The translations under genes and the position numbers were made by a program. A stretch of DNA of 63,886 nt, filler included, from Acetivibrio sp. (GTDB lineage: Bacteria > Bacillota > Clostridia > Acetivibrionales > Acetivibrionaceae), in assembly GCF_035371925.1 (NCBI RefSeq). It is 3 parts of 3 records of this genome, joined end to end, with 100 filler letters (N's around TTAATTAATTAA, not from the genome) between each part and the next. Parts side by side here need not be neighbours in the genome. Positions count along the whole stretch, not along the records: positions 1 to 22,341 come from NZ_DAORXT010000048.1; positions 22,442 to 44,220 come from NZ_DAORXT010000050.1; 1 more part is not named here. One strand, given 5' to 3'. The notes under the pieces were generated by a model. That model saw only the letters and a list, made by a program, of their open reading frames with translations, searched no databases and was not told where the DNA came from. Numbering within the stretch: the first letter of the stretch is position 1; every line of letters starts with the position of its first letter. This document shows, one piece after another, positions 20,605 through 31,314 of this stretch.

Positions 20605-21844
20605 AGAAGGATATAAGATGACTGAGCTTGGAGAGATACCTATTGAGTGGGAAGTGAAGCCTATAAGAGAGGTTGCAGAGGTCAATCCTGAAAGTTTAGG
20701 AAGTAAGACAGATAAGGATTTTATTATAAATTATATAGATATTGAGAGCGTAAGCACAGGAAAAATTTCAAACATCAAAGAATTATCATTTGGAGAGGCT
20801 CCAAGTCGGGCAAGAAGAAAAGTTCGAAAGGATGATGTAATAATTTCAACCGTTAGACCTTATTTAAAGGCTTTTACTCTAATAAAAAGCAACACAGAAA
20901 ACTTGGTTTGCTCAACAGGTTTTGCAGTATTAAGAGCTAAAAACAATAATTTACCTCAATATATTTATCAATGCACATTAAGTGATAGCTTTTTAAACCA
21001 ATTATCTAACAAGATGGTAGGGTCAAATTATCCTGCTGTAAATTCATCCGATGTTCAAGAAACTTTGATACCAATTCCTCCTCTACTTGAACAGAAAAAA
21101 ATCGCTGATATCCTTTCTACCGTAGACAAGCAAATTGAGCAAACCGATGCATTAATCGAAAAAACAAAGCAACTCAAAAAAGGATTGATGCAGAGGCTTC
21201 TGACCAAGGGGATTGGGCATACCGAGTTTAAGGATACGGAGATAGGGACGATTCCTAAAGAGTGGGAAGTAGTAAAGTTAGGTGAAGTTGTAGAAATTGT
21301 TAATGGAGCAACTCCAAGCACTAAAGTCGAAAAGTATTGGGTTAACGGTTCAATACCTTGGGCAACTCCTTCTGATATTACTTCAAACGGCAAATATATA
21401 AGTGCAACAGAGAAATATATTACTGAAGACGGACTTAAAAATTCATCAATGACATTACTCCCTTCTGGAAGTATCTTAATGACAAGCAGGGCTACAATAG
21501 GAGAAAAGTGCATTAATACTTTGCCAATGGCGACAAATCAAGGTTTTAAATCAATGATTTGCTCAGAAAGGATTCAAAATGAGTTCTTGTATTACATGAT
21601 TGATTTAGTAAAGATAGACTTCATTAAGTTGGCAAGTGGAAGTACATTTCTGGAGATATCCAAGAAAGATATTGAATTGTACAAGATACTGTTACCGCCA
21701 ATACAAGAACAAATTTACATTGCTAACATATTGTGCCAAGTTGATAAAAATATAGAGTTATGCGCAGATAAAAAAGAAAGTTTGCAGAAATTAAAAAATG
21801 CGTTACTGCAGAAACTGCTTACAGGCAAAATACGAGTTTACTGA
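20591..21844 (+). CDS. hsdS: Type I restriction-modification specificity subunit
   Basis: Two TRDs preceded by IP.EWEV, PP..EQ conserved helices, LLTGKIRV end. Confidence 0.95.
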   Translation: MTMSREGYKMTELGEIPIEWEVKPIREVAEVNPESLGSKTDKDFIINYIDIESVSTGKISNIKELSFGEAPSRARRKVRKDDVIISTVRPYLKAFTLIKSNTENLVCSTGFAVLRAKNNNLPQYIYQCTLSDSFLNQLSNKMVGSNYPAVNSSDVQETLIPIPPLLEQKKIADILSTVDKQIEQTDALIEKTKQLKKGLMQRLLTKGIGHTEFKDTEIGTIPKEWEVVKLGEVVEIVNGATPSTKVEKYWVNGSIPWATPSDITSNGKYISATEKYITEDGLKNSSMTLLPSGSILMTSRATIGEKCINTLPMATNQGFKSMICSERIQNEFLYYMIDLVKIDFIKLASGSTFLEISKKDIELYKILLPPIQEQIYIANILCQVDKNIELCADKKESLQKLKNALLQKLLTGKIRVY

Positions 21845-21858
21845 TAGGAGGTGAAAAA

Positions 21859-22293
21859 ATGTCATACCTCGGTAACGAAGAAACACTGGTAGAACTGCCA
21901 GCCATACAATACATAAAAGAAAAACTAGGTTATGAATTCATCCATGGAGAACAGTTAACCCCTGAACACGGAGAGCGAGATTCCATGACGGAAGTTATTC
22001 TTGTCAAGCGTCTGGAACGTTCCTTGAAACGTTTGAATCCTTGGATGGATGAAAGCAATGTCAATAAATCGGTTCGGATTCTTACTCGCCCTGAAAATTT
22101 GGGGACCAATCTTCTTGAGATAAATGAGAAGATCTATGATGTACTTGTGAACCTGACTTTTGCTTTGGAACAGGACTTGGATGGGAGTGGGCAGAAGAAG
22201 TATCACACTGTTAAGTTTATTGATTGGGATAATCCGAGCAACAATGAATTTCTTGTGACACGGCAATTTAAAATTCATGGTCCCCCAGTTTAA
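21859..22293 (+). pseudogene. hsdR: N-terminal fragment of type I restriction subunit, interrupted near 22289
   Basis: HSDR_N-like sequence (E..VELPA, FIDWDNPSNNEFLVTRQF) runs into a repeated IS-like end and the contig gap. Confidence 0.8.
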
Positions 22294-22341
22294 ATTGCAA
22301 GTTTAATTGCCTTACAAAATCTTACAGAACCCTGTTTTAAG
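22289..22341. mobile_element. Probable IS terminus, copy 1, at contig end; family unassigned
   Basis: 51 bp identical to 63836-63886; interrupts hsdR. Confidence 0.65.
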
Positions 22342-22441
22342 NNNNNNNNNNNNNNNNNNNNNNNNNNNNNNNNNNNNNNNNNNNNTTAATTAATTAANNN
22401 NNNNNNNNNNNNNNNNNNNNNNNNNNNNNNNNNNNNNNNNN
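22342..22441. other. Artificial contig spacer
   Basis: N-run with TTAATTAATTAA (stops in all six frames); total 100 nt. Confidence 0.97.
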
Positions 22442-25080
22442 CAAACTATTTCAGAGTAGGTTCGGTACTTAACTCAGGAACAGTAAGCAATTCATCAATA
22501 ACTGCTATGATTTTAAGAGAGTTTAACAGTATCACTTGTGAGAATGAAATGAAGCCTGATGCTACACTGGTTCAGTCAGGTTCTACCAATACAAATATCA
22601 GAGTATCGCTGAACCGTGCAGCAAGTATATTAAACTTCTGTGCAAGAAATAATATTGCAGTCAGAGGTCATACATTAGTTTGGCACAGCCAGACACCTCA
22701 ATGGTTCTTTAAAGACAATTTCCAGGACAACGGCAGCTGGGTATCCGCATCGGTTATGGACCAGCGTATGGAAAGCTACATAAAAAATATGTTTGCCGAA
22801 ATTCAAAGACAGTATCCGTCATTAAATCTTTATGCTTATGACGTAGTAAACGAGGCAGTAAGTGATGATTCAAACAGGACCAGAAGCTATGGCGGAGCAA
22901 GAGAACCCGGATACGGAAACGGAAGGTCTCCATGGGTTCAAGTCTACGGAGACAACAAGTTTATTGAGAAGGCATTTACATATGCAAGAAAATATGCTCC
23001 AGCAAATTGTAAACTTTACTACAACGATTACAACGAGTATTGGGATCATAAGAGAGACTGTATTGCTTCAATATGTACATCTTTGTACAACAAGGGCGTG
23101 CTTGACGGTGTGGGAATGCAATCCCATATAAACTCGGATATGAATGGATTTTCAGGTATTCAAAATTATAAAGCAGCTCTGCAGAAATATATAAATATCG
23201 GTTGTGATGTTCAGATTACTGAGCTTGATATTAGCACTGAAAACGGCAAATTTAGCTTCCAGCAGCAGGCTGACAAATATAAGGCTGTTTTCCAGGCAGC
23301 TGTTGATATAAACAAAACCTCCTCTAAAGGAAAGGTTACAGCTGTCTGCGTATGGGGACCTAATGATGCCAATACTTGGCTCGGTTCTGAAAATTCACCT
23401 CTTTTGTTTGACAGAAACAATCAACCTAAGGCAGCTTACAATTCAGTAGTTTCAGTTATTCCTCAGTCCGAATGGGGCGATGGCGATAATCCTGCCGGCG
23501 GTGGTGGCGGAGGAGGTAAGCCGGAAGAGCCGGATGCAAACGGATATTATTATCATGATACCTTCGAAGGCAGTCTGGGACAATGGACCGCTAGGGGACC
23601 TGCAGAAATTCAGACAAGCGGCAGAACTGCATATAAAGGCTCGGAGTCGCTTTTAATCAAGAGCCGTACATCTGCATGGAACGGAGCGCAGCGTGCATTA
23701 AATCCCAGAACATTTGTTCCCGGAAATAAATATTGCTTCAGCTCTGTTGCAATGTTTATTGAAGGTGCTACCTCAACAACATTCTGCATGAAACTGCAGT
23801 ATGTGGATGCAAACGGTGAAGCCAGATATGATACTATAGATATGAAGGATGCACTTCCAAATCAATGGGTTCATCTATATAATCCGCAATACACAATTCC
23901 TGCCGATGCAACTGATATGTATGTTTATGTGGAAACAGCAGACGATACCATCAACTTCTATATAGATGAAGCGATTGGAGCAGTTGCCGGAACTGCAATT
24001 GAAGGACCTAAGCAAGTTAAAGTCGGAGACGTAAACTTAGACGGTTCTATTAACTCTACCGACTTGACAATGTTAAAGAGAGGCGTGCTGAAGTCATTAA
24101 CTCTCAGCGAGCAATCCCAGCTTGCGGCTGACGTTGACCAAAATGGAAAAGTAAACAGCACTGACATTTCAATTCTTTCACGTTATCTCTTGAGAATGAT
24201 TGATAAGTTGCCTTATAAGGAAGGTTCTCAACAGCCCGAGCAACCGAAATCTTCTTTTAACTACGATGCGGCCCTGCAATACAGGGCCGCTCCTGACTAT
24301 TATCTGAATACGTGCTCTAAGGCAGGGAGAATTGTTAAAGAAACTTACACCGGTATAAACGGAACCAAGAGTTTAAATGTATATCTTCCGTATGGCTATG
24401 ATTCCAGCAAGAAATACAACATTTTTTATCTGATGCATGGCGGCGGAGAAAATGAAAATACAATTTTCAGCAACGACGTTAAATTGCAAAATATTCTTGA
24501 CCACATGATTATGAACGGTGAGCTTGAGCCTTTGATAGTGGTAACACCAACCTTCAATGGCGGAAACTGCACAGCCCAGAACTTCTATGAGGAATTCAAA
24601 ACAAATGTAATTCCTTTTGTAGAAGGCAAGTACTCTACTTATGCAGAGTCAACAACACCTGAGGGAATTAAAGCTTCCAGAATGCACAGAGCCTTTGGAG
24701 GATTCTCAATGGGAGGATTGACAACATGGACGGTAATGGCTAATTGCCTTGATTACGTTGCATATTTTATGCCTCTCAGCGGAGACTACTGGTCTGGAAA
24801 TACCGGTCAGGAGAAAGCTAATTCCCTGGCTTCATCAATTAGTAAGTTCGGGTACACAAATAGACAGTACTTCGTATTAGCAGCTACAGGCACCGAAGAT
24901 ATTGCATATAATAATATGAAGCCTCAAATTGATGCTATGAAATCGCTGCCACAGTTTGTTTATACCTCAGATTTCTCCAAGGGTAATTTCTACTTCCTTG
25001 TAGCTCCAGGCCTTACTCACTGGTGGGGATATGTAAGGCACTATATTTATGATGCTCTTCCATATTTCTTCCATGAGTAA
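22442..25080 (+). CDS. xynY: Cellulosomal xylanase/feruloyl esterase GH10-CBM22-dockerin-CE1 (XynY/Xyn10B-like), 5'-truncated by the gap
   Basis: Frame open from the contig start (NYFRVGSVLN); GH10 VVNEA and ITELD; duplicated dockerin GDVNLDG.INSTD / ADVDQNGKVNSTD; esterase GFSMGG. Confidence 0.9.
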
Positions 25081-25181
25081 TAATGCGTGAATAGCTGTTT
25101 AATACGGAATTATGAGTAAGCTTTAAGCTCTTCTCAAGCAATTGAAAATGTCCGTAAAAGGGGATACAGTTAAAAATGCAA

Positions 25182-25223
25182 AGGCTGCACAACCAGGATA
25201 AAACCTAAAGTGCAGTCTTTTTT
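25182..25223 (+). terminator. Intrinsic terminator after xynY
   Basis: AGGCTGCAC/GTGCAGTCT stem plus T-tract. Confidence 0.65.
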
Positions 25224-25481
25224 ATTACATTGACTTAAACTTCGTATTAAAAAATACCTTTGTTGATTGAAAATTTATTGACGATTGGTAATATATGGAT
25301 TTCGTGGCCGAGTTCCGGTCGGTTCAAAGGCATCTTCTGTGATATTCCAAGGCTTTCGGTAAGCATGTTATTATGCGCAATTTATAAATTGATATGTTGT
25401 TTAGAAGAATAATGTATGTTATTATTCATATATATTCATATATATAGTAAAGATACGAAACAAATTTGCTTAAGATGGAGG

Positions 25482-26330
25482 ATGCCGGTTTTGGACAGCA
25501 GATTTGCATCAAACAAGAATATTACGTATAAAACGAAGAATCAGGTTGAGTTTATTCAGTTTAACAACTTGCTAAAATACGAAAACATTATCACCCACTG
25601 CTTTACCACACGCCGGGGCGGAGTGAGCAAGGGCGAGTATGATTCTTTGAACATGGCGTTCAACAAAACTGATGATAGAAAAAATGTTGAGGAAAATTAC
25701 AGAAGAGTGGCCGATGCCTTGAATATTGACATTGGGAGTATGGTATTTTCCAATCAGGTGCATCAAAGCAAAATACGTGTGGTGACAGAGGAAGACCGTG
25801 GAAAGGGTATAATCAGAAAAAGCGATATTATAGGTTATGACGGACTTGTTACCGATTCGAAAGAAGTAACGCTGGTTACGTTTTATGCCGATTGTGTTCC
25901 GGTTTTTCTTTTTGACCCTGAAAAGACGGTTATTTCAATTGCCCATTCCGGATGGCGCGGCACAGCGATGAAAATATCGAAAGAGGCACTAATGAAAATG
26001 AAAGAGAAGTTTTTATGTGAGCCTCAAAATATTGTTGCCGCAATCGGTCCTTCTATCGGAAAGTGCTGTTTTGAAGTAGGGGACGATGTGTATGATGAGT
26101 TTAAGGCGAAAATTGACTGGAGCGTAGAGTATTGTGAAAGAAAAGACCAAAAGTGGCATTTTGACCTTCCGGCAATAATTAAGAGAACTCTTATAGATGA
26201 AGGAGTAAAAGAGGAGAATATTGTATTGAGCGATATATGTACCAAATGCAATAAGGATTTATTCTTTTCCCACAGAGGGGATAACGGCAAAACGGGGACG
26301 ATGGTTGGGATTATGAAGATAAACGGATAG
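25482..26330 (+). CDS. pgeF: PgeF/YfiH family purine nucleoside phosphorylase-like protein
   Basis: FTTRRGGVS, NQVH, ADCVPV, AHSGWRGT, FFSHR. Start is ATG 25482 or TTG 25491. Confidence 0.88.
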   Translation: MPVLDSRFASNKNITYKTKNQVEFIQFNNLLKYENIITHCFTTRRGGVSKGEYDSLNMAFNKTDDRKNVEENYRRVADALNIDIGSMVFSNQVHQSKIRVVTEEDRGKGIIRKSDIIGYDGLVTDSKEVTLVTFYADCVPVFLFDPEKTVISIAHSGWRGTAMKISKEALMKMKEKFLCEPQNIVAAIGPSIGKCCFEVGDDVYDEFKAKIDWSVEYCERKDQKWHFDLPAIIKRTLIDEGVKEENIVLSDICTKCNKDLFFSHRGDNGKTGTMVGIMKING

Positions 26331-26410
26331 TGGTAAGATAAATGGAATTGCAAAGGAAAAGTCTAGAAGAAGTTAAATATACGAAGAATACAATCAGGGA
26401 GAGATACGCT

Positions 26411-28078
26411 TTGAAAAAAAGAGTGTTGTTGCTTGCTGTGCTGGTGATTATTAGCACTGTTTTTTCAGCATGCAATATCGATTTAAGTAGCCTATTGGAA
26501 GAAGAAAACAAAGATTACGATTTTTTAAATGGCGGTATGGATGACGTATTGGATACTGGTCCTGTAAAGAACGGTGTTTTGAATCTGTTTTCCACCGAGC
26601 CGGACACCTTAAATCCCATATTGACTGCCAATGCCTATGTAAAGGAGTATTCGTGCTTTGTATTTGAAAGTCTTGTGAGGATGGACGGGAACCAGAAAGC
26701 TGTACCGCTTTTGGCTGAGAGCTGGGAAGGGTCCGATGATGGGTTGATATGGACATTTTATTTAAAGGAAAATATTTATTGGCACGATGGCATTCCCTTT
26801 TCGGCGGAAGATGTGGAATTTACGGCAAATATCATAATGAACGCGGGTGTGAACAGTCCGTACAAGACATGCCTTGAAAATGTCGAAAGCGTTTTGGCAC
26901 AAGACAGCAAGACGTTTAAAGTGCTTTTAAAAAGTCCCAATTCTTTCACTCCCGAGCTTATGACTTTTCCCATAATTCCAAAGCATTATTATCTTGGGGA
27001 AGATATTTTGACCACTCCCAAAAATAACAGTCCAATAGGTACCGGACCTTATAAATTTTCTCATTACAAGCAAAATGAGTATATAAGACTTTCAAACAAT
27101 GAGAATTGGTGGAACAGGGGTAGCGAGGACGAAAATGGGATTGGCCTTCCCTATATCCAAGAAATCAATATAAAAATATATGACAGAAACCAATCTGTAA
27201 TGAATGCTTTTCAGTCTCAGGAAGTAGATGTTATTACCGCGGACAGGACCAATTGGATAGGTTACAGCGGAAGAACCGATATATTTCTAAAAAAATACGT
27301 AAGCAACGAATTTGAATTTATTGCGTTTAATCTTTCAAACAAAATATTAAAGGAAAAGGAAGTAAGAACGGCTATAGCATATGCTGTTGACAGAGAACAG
27401 ATTATAAGCAGCGTTATGCCCGGAGAAGCAGTGGCGTCGGATTTGCCTGTTATTCCCGATACGTGGCTTAACGATACCAATGTTGTATCCTATGAAAGAA
27501 ATGTGGAAAAAGCAAGGCAGATACTTTTAGATGGCGGATGGAAAGAGAATAACGGTTTATTTTACAAGAGGATTGACGGCATTAACACCCGACTTTCACT
27601 GGAGCTTATGGTAAATGATGATAATGAAACACGGCTGTCTGTCGCTGAAATGATAAAAGAACAGCTGAATGAAGCGGGAATAGAAATAGAAATCAAAGAG
27701 GTCAAATGGGATGAGGAGCTTAACAGGATACAGACTGGAAAGTTTGACATGGTGTTTATAGGGTGTACCGTATCATCGATTCCGGACATTTCTTTTCTGT
27801 ATTCATCGGCTGAAATCGGAACCGGACTTAATATTTCCGGTTATAGCAATGAAATTGTTGACAGGTATTTGTCCTCGATTTTAAAGGAAAAGGATCCGTC
27901 TATGAAAAAAGCCTATTTTATTAATATGAAGGAAATAATAAATCGGGATTTGCCTTATCTGGGGCTATACTTCTACAATAATGTAGTTGTTTACAATAAG
28001 AGATTAAGGGGTGAGTTAAATCCCAGTACATGGGATAAATATTACGATTTTGCCAGATGGTATATACCTGTTGAGTGA
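26411..28078 (+). CDS. Peptide/nickel ABC substrate-binding lipoprotein (SBP family 5)
   Basis: Lipobox FSAC after MKKRVLLL; TLNP, FSAEDVEFT and PIGTGPYK motifs. Confidence 0.85.
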   Translation: MKKRVLLLAVLVIISTVFSACNIDLSSLLEEENKDYDFLNGGMDDVLDTGPVKNGVLNLFSTEPDTLNPILTANAYVKEYSCFVFESLVRMDGNQKAVPLLAESWEGSDDGLIWTFYLKENIYWHDGIPFSAEDVEFTANIIMNAGVNSPYKTCLENVESVLAQDSKTFKVLLKSPNSFTPELMTFPIIPKHYYLGEDILTTPKNNSPIGTGPYKFSHYKQNEYIRLSNNENWWNRGSEDENGIGLPYIQEINIKIYDRNQSVMNAFQSQEVDVITADRTNWIGYSGRTDIFLKKYVSNEFEFIAFNLSNKILKEKEVRTAIAYAVDREQIISSVMPGEAVASDLPVIPDTWLNDTNVVSYERNVEKARQILLDGGWKENNGLFYKRIDGINTRLSLELMVNDDNETRLSVAEMIKEQLNEAGIEIEIKEVKWDEELNRIQTGKFDMVFIGCTVSSIPDISFLYSSAEIGTGLNISGYSNEIVDRYLSSILKEKDPSMKKAYFINMKEIINRDLPYLGLYFYNNVVVYNKRLRGELNPSTWDKYYDFARWYIPVE

Positions 28079-28165
28079 TATTAAGTATATTCAAATAAGC
28101 TTTACATCGCAATGGAAAGAGTATATAATTTTTACTGACAAATCTGTAAGGAAGGCTGGGCTCAT

Positions 28166-28621
28166 ATGATTTTTGTTGTATTGATAGCTGTTTTTGTAGC
28201 TATTGACCAATTGACGAAGTATATTGTAATCAGCAATATTGCATTTGGAGACAGAATAAGTGTAATCAACAACTTTTTTTATCTTACTCACTGGAGAAAT
28301 ACCGGTGGGGCCTGGGGGATCATGCAGAACGGGAGATATATACTTGTTCCTGTTACAATAGTTCTTTCGATTTTGTTGGTATACTTTATTTTTAAAAACA
28401 GCAACAAGTTTTATAGATTCTCACTGAGCATGATTCTTGGAGGAGCATTGGGAAATCTCATCGACAGGATATTCAGACCCGACGGGGTTATAGATTTTCT
28501 CGATTTTCAATTTGGCAGTTACAGTTTTCCCGTATTTAATGCTGCAGATACCTTTGTGGTAGTGGGAACCATACTGCTGGCCTATTATACTTTGTTTATA
28601 TACAAGGAAGACAAGGAATAA
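28166..28621 (+). CDS. lspA: Lipoprotein signal peptidase II
   Basis: [32 protein letters not shown]. Confidence 0.95.
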   Translation: MIFVVLIAVFVAIDQLTKYIVISNIAFGDRISVINNFFYLTHWRNTGGAWGIMQNGRYILVPVTIVLSILLVYFIFKNSNKFYRFSLSMILGGALGNLIDRIFRPDGVIDFLDFQFGSYSFPVFNAADTFVVVGTILLAYYTLFIYKEDKE

Positions 28622-28664
28622 TATTATTTATACAAGACTTCATAAATTGGAGCATGGAGAAATC

Positions 28665-29573
28665 ATGGAGGAAATTGTACTTGTTTCGAATGACAACGGA
28701 ATAAGGATAGATGCGTGGCTTTGCGGAAGGCTCAAAGATTATTCCCGGTCATATATACAAAAGCTTGTAAACGATGAGATGATACTTGTAAACGGAAAAC
28801 CGGTCAAGGCAAATTACAAGGTAAAGCCCATGGACGAGATACTGGCCAAAATACCCGAGCCTCAGGTTCTTGACGTGGTCGCGGAGGACATAAGTGTGCC
28901 CGTATTGTACGAGGATGAACACATTATAGTGGTGGACAAGCCCAAGGGCATGGTGGTTCATCCTGCGGCGGGAAACTATTCCGGTACTTTGGTAAATGCC
29001 CTTTTAAATCATTGCGGAGACAATCTTTCCGACATAAACGGTATTATAAGGCCGGGTATTGTCCACAGGATTGACAAGGATACTTCCGGGGTGTTGGTTG
29101 TTGCAAAAAACAATGCCGCGCATGAAGGTTTATCCAGAAGGCTCAAAGACCATGACATTGAAAGGGTATATGTTGCAGTGGTTCATGGATTAATTCGGGA
29201 GGATCAGGGTAAAATTGACGCACCCATTGGAAGGCACCCTGTTGACAGGAAAAAGATGGCTGTGAATACCAGGAACGGAAGAAGAGCAGTAACCCATTTT
29301 AAAGTGCTTGAGAGATTTAAGGACGCCACTTATATTGAGGTCACCTTAGAAACGGGCAGGACGCATCAGATACGGGTGCATATGTCCTATATAGGCTATC
29401 CCATTATAGGAGATACGGTCTATGGAAGAAAGAATGATGTATATAATGTAAACGGACAGGCACTTCATGCAAAAAAGCTTGGGTTTGTCCATCCCGTAAA
29501 GGGAGAGTATATGGAGTTTGAATCACCGCTTCCCGAGTATTTTAAAGGTCTTCTTGAAAAATTAAAGGTGTAG
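28665..29573 (+). CDS. RluA/RluD family pseudouridine synthase
   Basis: S4 domain, DKPKGMVVHP, HRIDKDTSG, GRTHQIRVH; lspA-rluD synteny. Confidence 0.93.
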   Translation: MEEIVLVSNDNGIRIDAWLCGRLKDYSRSYIQKLVNDEMILVNGKPVKANYKVKPMDEILAKIPEPQVLDVVAEDISVPVLYEDEHIIVVDKPKGMVVHPAAGNYSGTLVNALLNHCGDNLSDINGIIRPGIVHRIDKDTSGVLVVAKNNAAHEGLSRRLKDHDIERVYVAVVHGLIREDQGKIDAPIGRHPVDRKKMAVNTRNGRRAVTHFKVLERFKDATYIEVTLETGRTHQIRVHMSYIGYPIIGDTVYGRKNDVYNVNGQALHAKKLGFVHPVKGEYMEFESPLPEYFKGLLEKLKV

Positions 29574-29649
29574 TCATACAATATTCTTTTCAACCCGGAC
29601 AATTTGTGCTATAATACAACGTGTAAATTTTACTATAGGGGGAAAGTAA

Positions 29650-29790
29650 ATGAAGCATATTAAGGTTTTAAACGGATCAACACTGAAAGACAGCTTGAAA
29701 AAAGGCGGATGCGGTGAGTGCCAGACTTCTTGCCAGTCAGCTTGCAAGACTTCCTGCACTGTTGCAAACCAAAGCTGCGAAAAAAGGTAA
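29650..29790 (+). CDS. scfA: Six-cysteine ranthipeptide precursor (SCIFF), below the ORF-track cutoff
   Basis: Hand translation: MKHIKVLNGSTLKDSLKKGGCGECQTSCQSACKTSCTVANQSCEKR (46 aa). Confidence 0.95.
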   Translation: MKHIKVLNGSTLKDSLKKGGCGECQTSCQSACKTSCTVANQSCEKR

Positions 29791-29933
29791 TCCTTTACAT
29801 AAAGGGATAAAAAACAATAAGTATCTGTTTCGGTACAATTGAGGAAGTGAAAAGTGAAACAAATATTTCGCTTTTCACTTTTTTAACACTATTTATATTT
29901 TATTGGAATTGTATAAAACAAGGTGGTAGTAAG

Positions 29934-31286
29934 ATGACAATGATTCATAAGTTTTCGTTAATGGGCACCAATATAGTTGTTGATGTCAACAGCGGTGCTG
30001 TCCATGTGGTGGATGACATATCCTTTGATATATTGGACTATTACAAGGATTATGCTCATGATGAGATTAAGGACAAGCTTTCTCACAAGTACGATACCGA
30101 AGAGCTTGAGGAAGCTTTGAAAGAAATTGAGAGCCTTAAGTTGGAAGGGCTGCTTTTTTCCGAAGACCCTTACAAGGAATATGTTCCTTCCATGAACAGA
30201 AAGTCGGTGGTAAAGGCGCTGTGTCTACATATATCCCATGACTGCAATTTGAGGTGTAAATATTGCTTTGCATCCACCGGAAATTTCGGCGGACAAAGAA
30301 GCATGATGAGTTTGGAAGTTGGCAAAAAAGCCATTGACTTTTTAATCTCAGAATCTAAAAATCGAAAAAATCTTGAAATTGATTTCTTTGGCGGAGAGCC
30401 GATGATGAACTTTGACGTGGTAAAAGGGATTATTGAATATGCAAGGCAAAAGGAAAAGGAACACAATAAAAACTTCAGATTTACGTTGACGACAAACGGT
30501 CTGCTTTTAAATGATGACAATATAAGGTATATAAATGAAAACATGAACAATATTGTATTAAGCATCGATGGGCGCAAGGAAGTAAACGACAGGATGAGAA
30601 AAAGAATTGACGGCAGCGGCTGTTATGAGGATATACTTCCAAAGTTCAAATATGTGGCGGAGTCTAGGAATCAGGATAATTATTATGTTCGCGGAACCTT
30701 TACCAGAGAAAATATAGATTTTTCTAATGACGTAATCCATTTGGCCGACGAGGGCTTCAAGCAGATTTCCGTAGAACCTGTTGTTGCTGCGAAAGACAGC
30801 GGATATGATTTGAGGGGGGAAGACCTTCCTAAATTGTTTGAAGAATATGAGAAGCTGGCATATGAATATGTGAAAAGAAGAAAAGAGGGAGAATGGTTTA
30901 ATTTCTTCCATTTCATGATAGACTTAAGCCAGGGACCGTGCATAGTAAAAAGACTGAGTGGTTGCGGTTCTGGGCATGAATACCTTGCAATTACTCCAGA
31001 AGGAGATATTTACCCATGCCACCAGTTTGTGGGGAACGAGAAGTTTAAAATGGGTAATGTCAAGGAAGGAGTTTTGGACAGAGATATTCAGGAGTCTTTT
31101 AAAAACTCGAATGTATACTCAAAGAAAGAATGTGACGGCTGCTGGGCAAAATTCTACTGTAGTGGAGGATGTGCCGCAAATTCATATAATTTTCATAAAG
31201 ATATTAATGTTCCTTATAAAGTCGGGTGCGAACTGGAAAAGAAAAGGGTTGAATGTGCGTTGTGGATAAAGGCGCAGGAGATGTAA
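29934..31286 (+). CDS. scfB: SCIFF radical SAM maturase (CteB-like)
   Basis: CNLRCKYC, FFGGEP and SPASM cysteines (CGSG, YPCH, CDGCWAKFYCSGGC); directly follows scfA. Confidence 0.93.
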   Translation: MTMIHKFSLMGTNIVVDVNSGAVHVVDDISFDILDYYKDYAHDEIKDKLSHKYDTEELEEALKEIESLKLEGLLFSEDPYKEYVPSMNRKSVVKALCLHISHDCNLRCKYCFASTGNFGGQRSMMSLEVGKKAIDFLISESKNRKNLEIDFFGGEPMMNFDVVKGIIEYARQKEKEHNKNFRFTLTTNGLLLNDDNIRYINENMNNIVLSIDGRKEVNDRMRKRIDGSGCYEDILPKFKYVAESRNQDNYYVRGTFTRENIDFSNDVIHLADEGFKQISVEPVVAAKDSGYDLRGEDLPKLFEEYEKLAYEYVKRRKEGEWFNFFHFMIDLSQGPCIVKRLSGCGSGHEYLAITPEGDIYPCHQFVGNEKFKMGNVKEGVLDRDIQESFKNSNVYSKKECDGCWAKFYCSGGCAANSYNFHKDINVPYKVGCELEKKRVECALWIKAQEM

Positions 31287-31314
31287 AGAATAATCTTTTT
31301 TTGGGAGGTTTTAT

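Noticed and set aside
22386..22397. Palindromic TTAATTAATTAA repeated at 44265-44276
   Set aside because: Artificial six-frame stop linker inside N-runs.
25301..25380. GC-richer putative leader with a GCCGA/TCGGT hairpin upstream of pgeF
   Set aside because: A single weak hairpin, no terminator and no recognisable motif.
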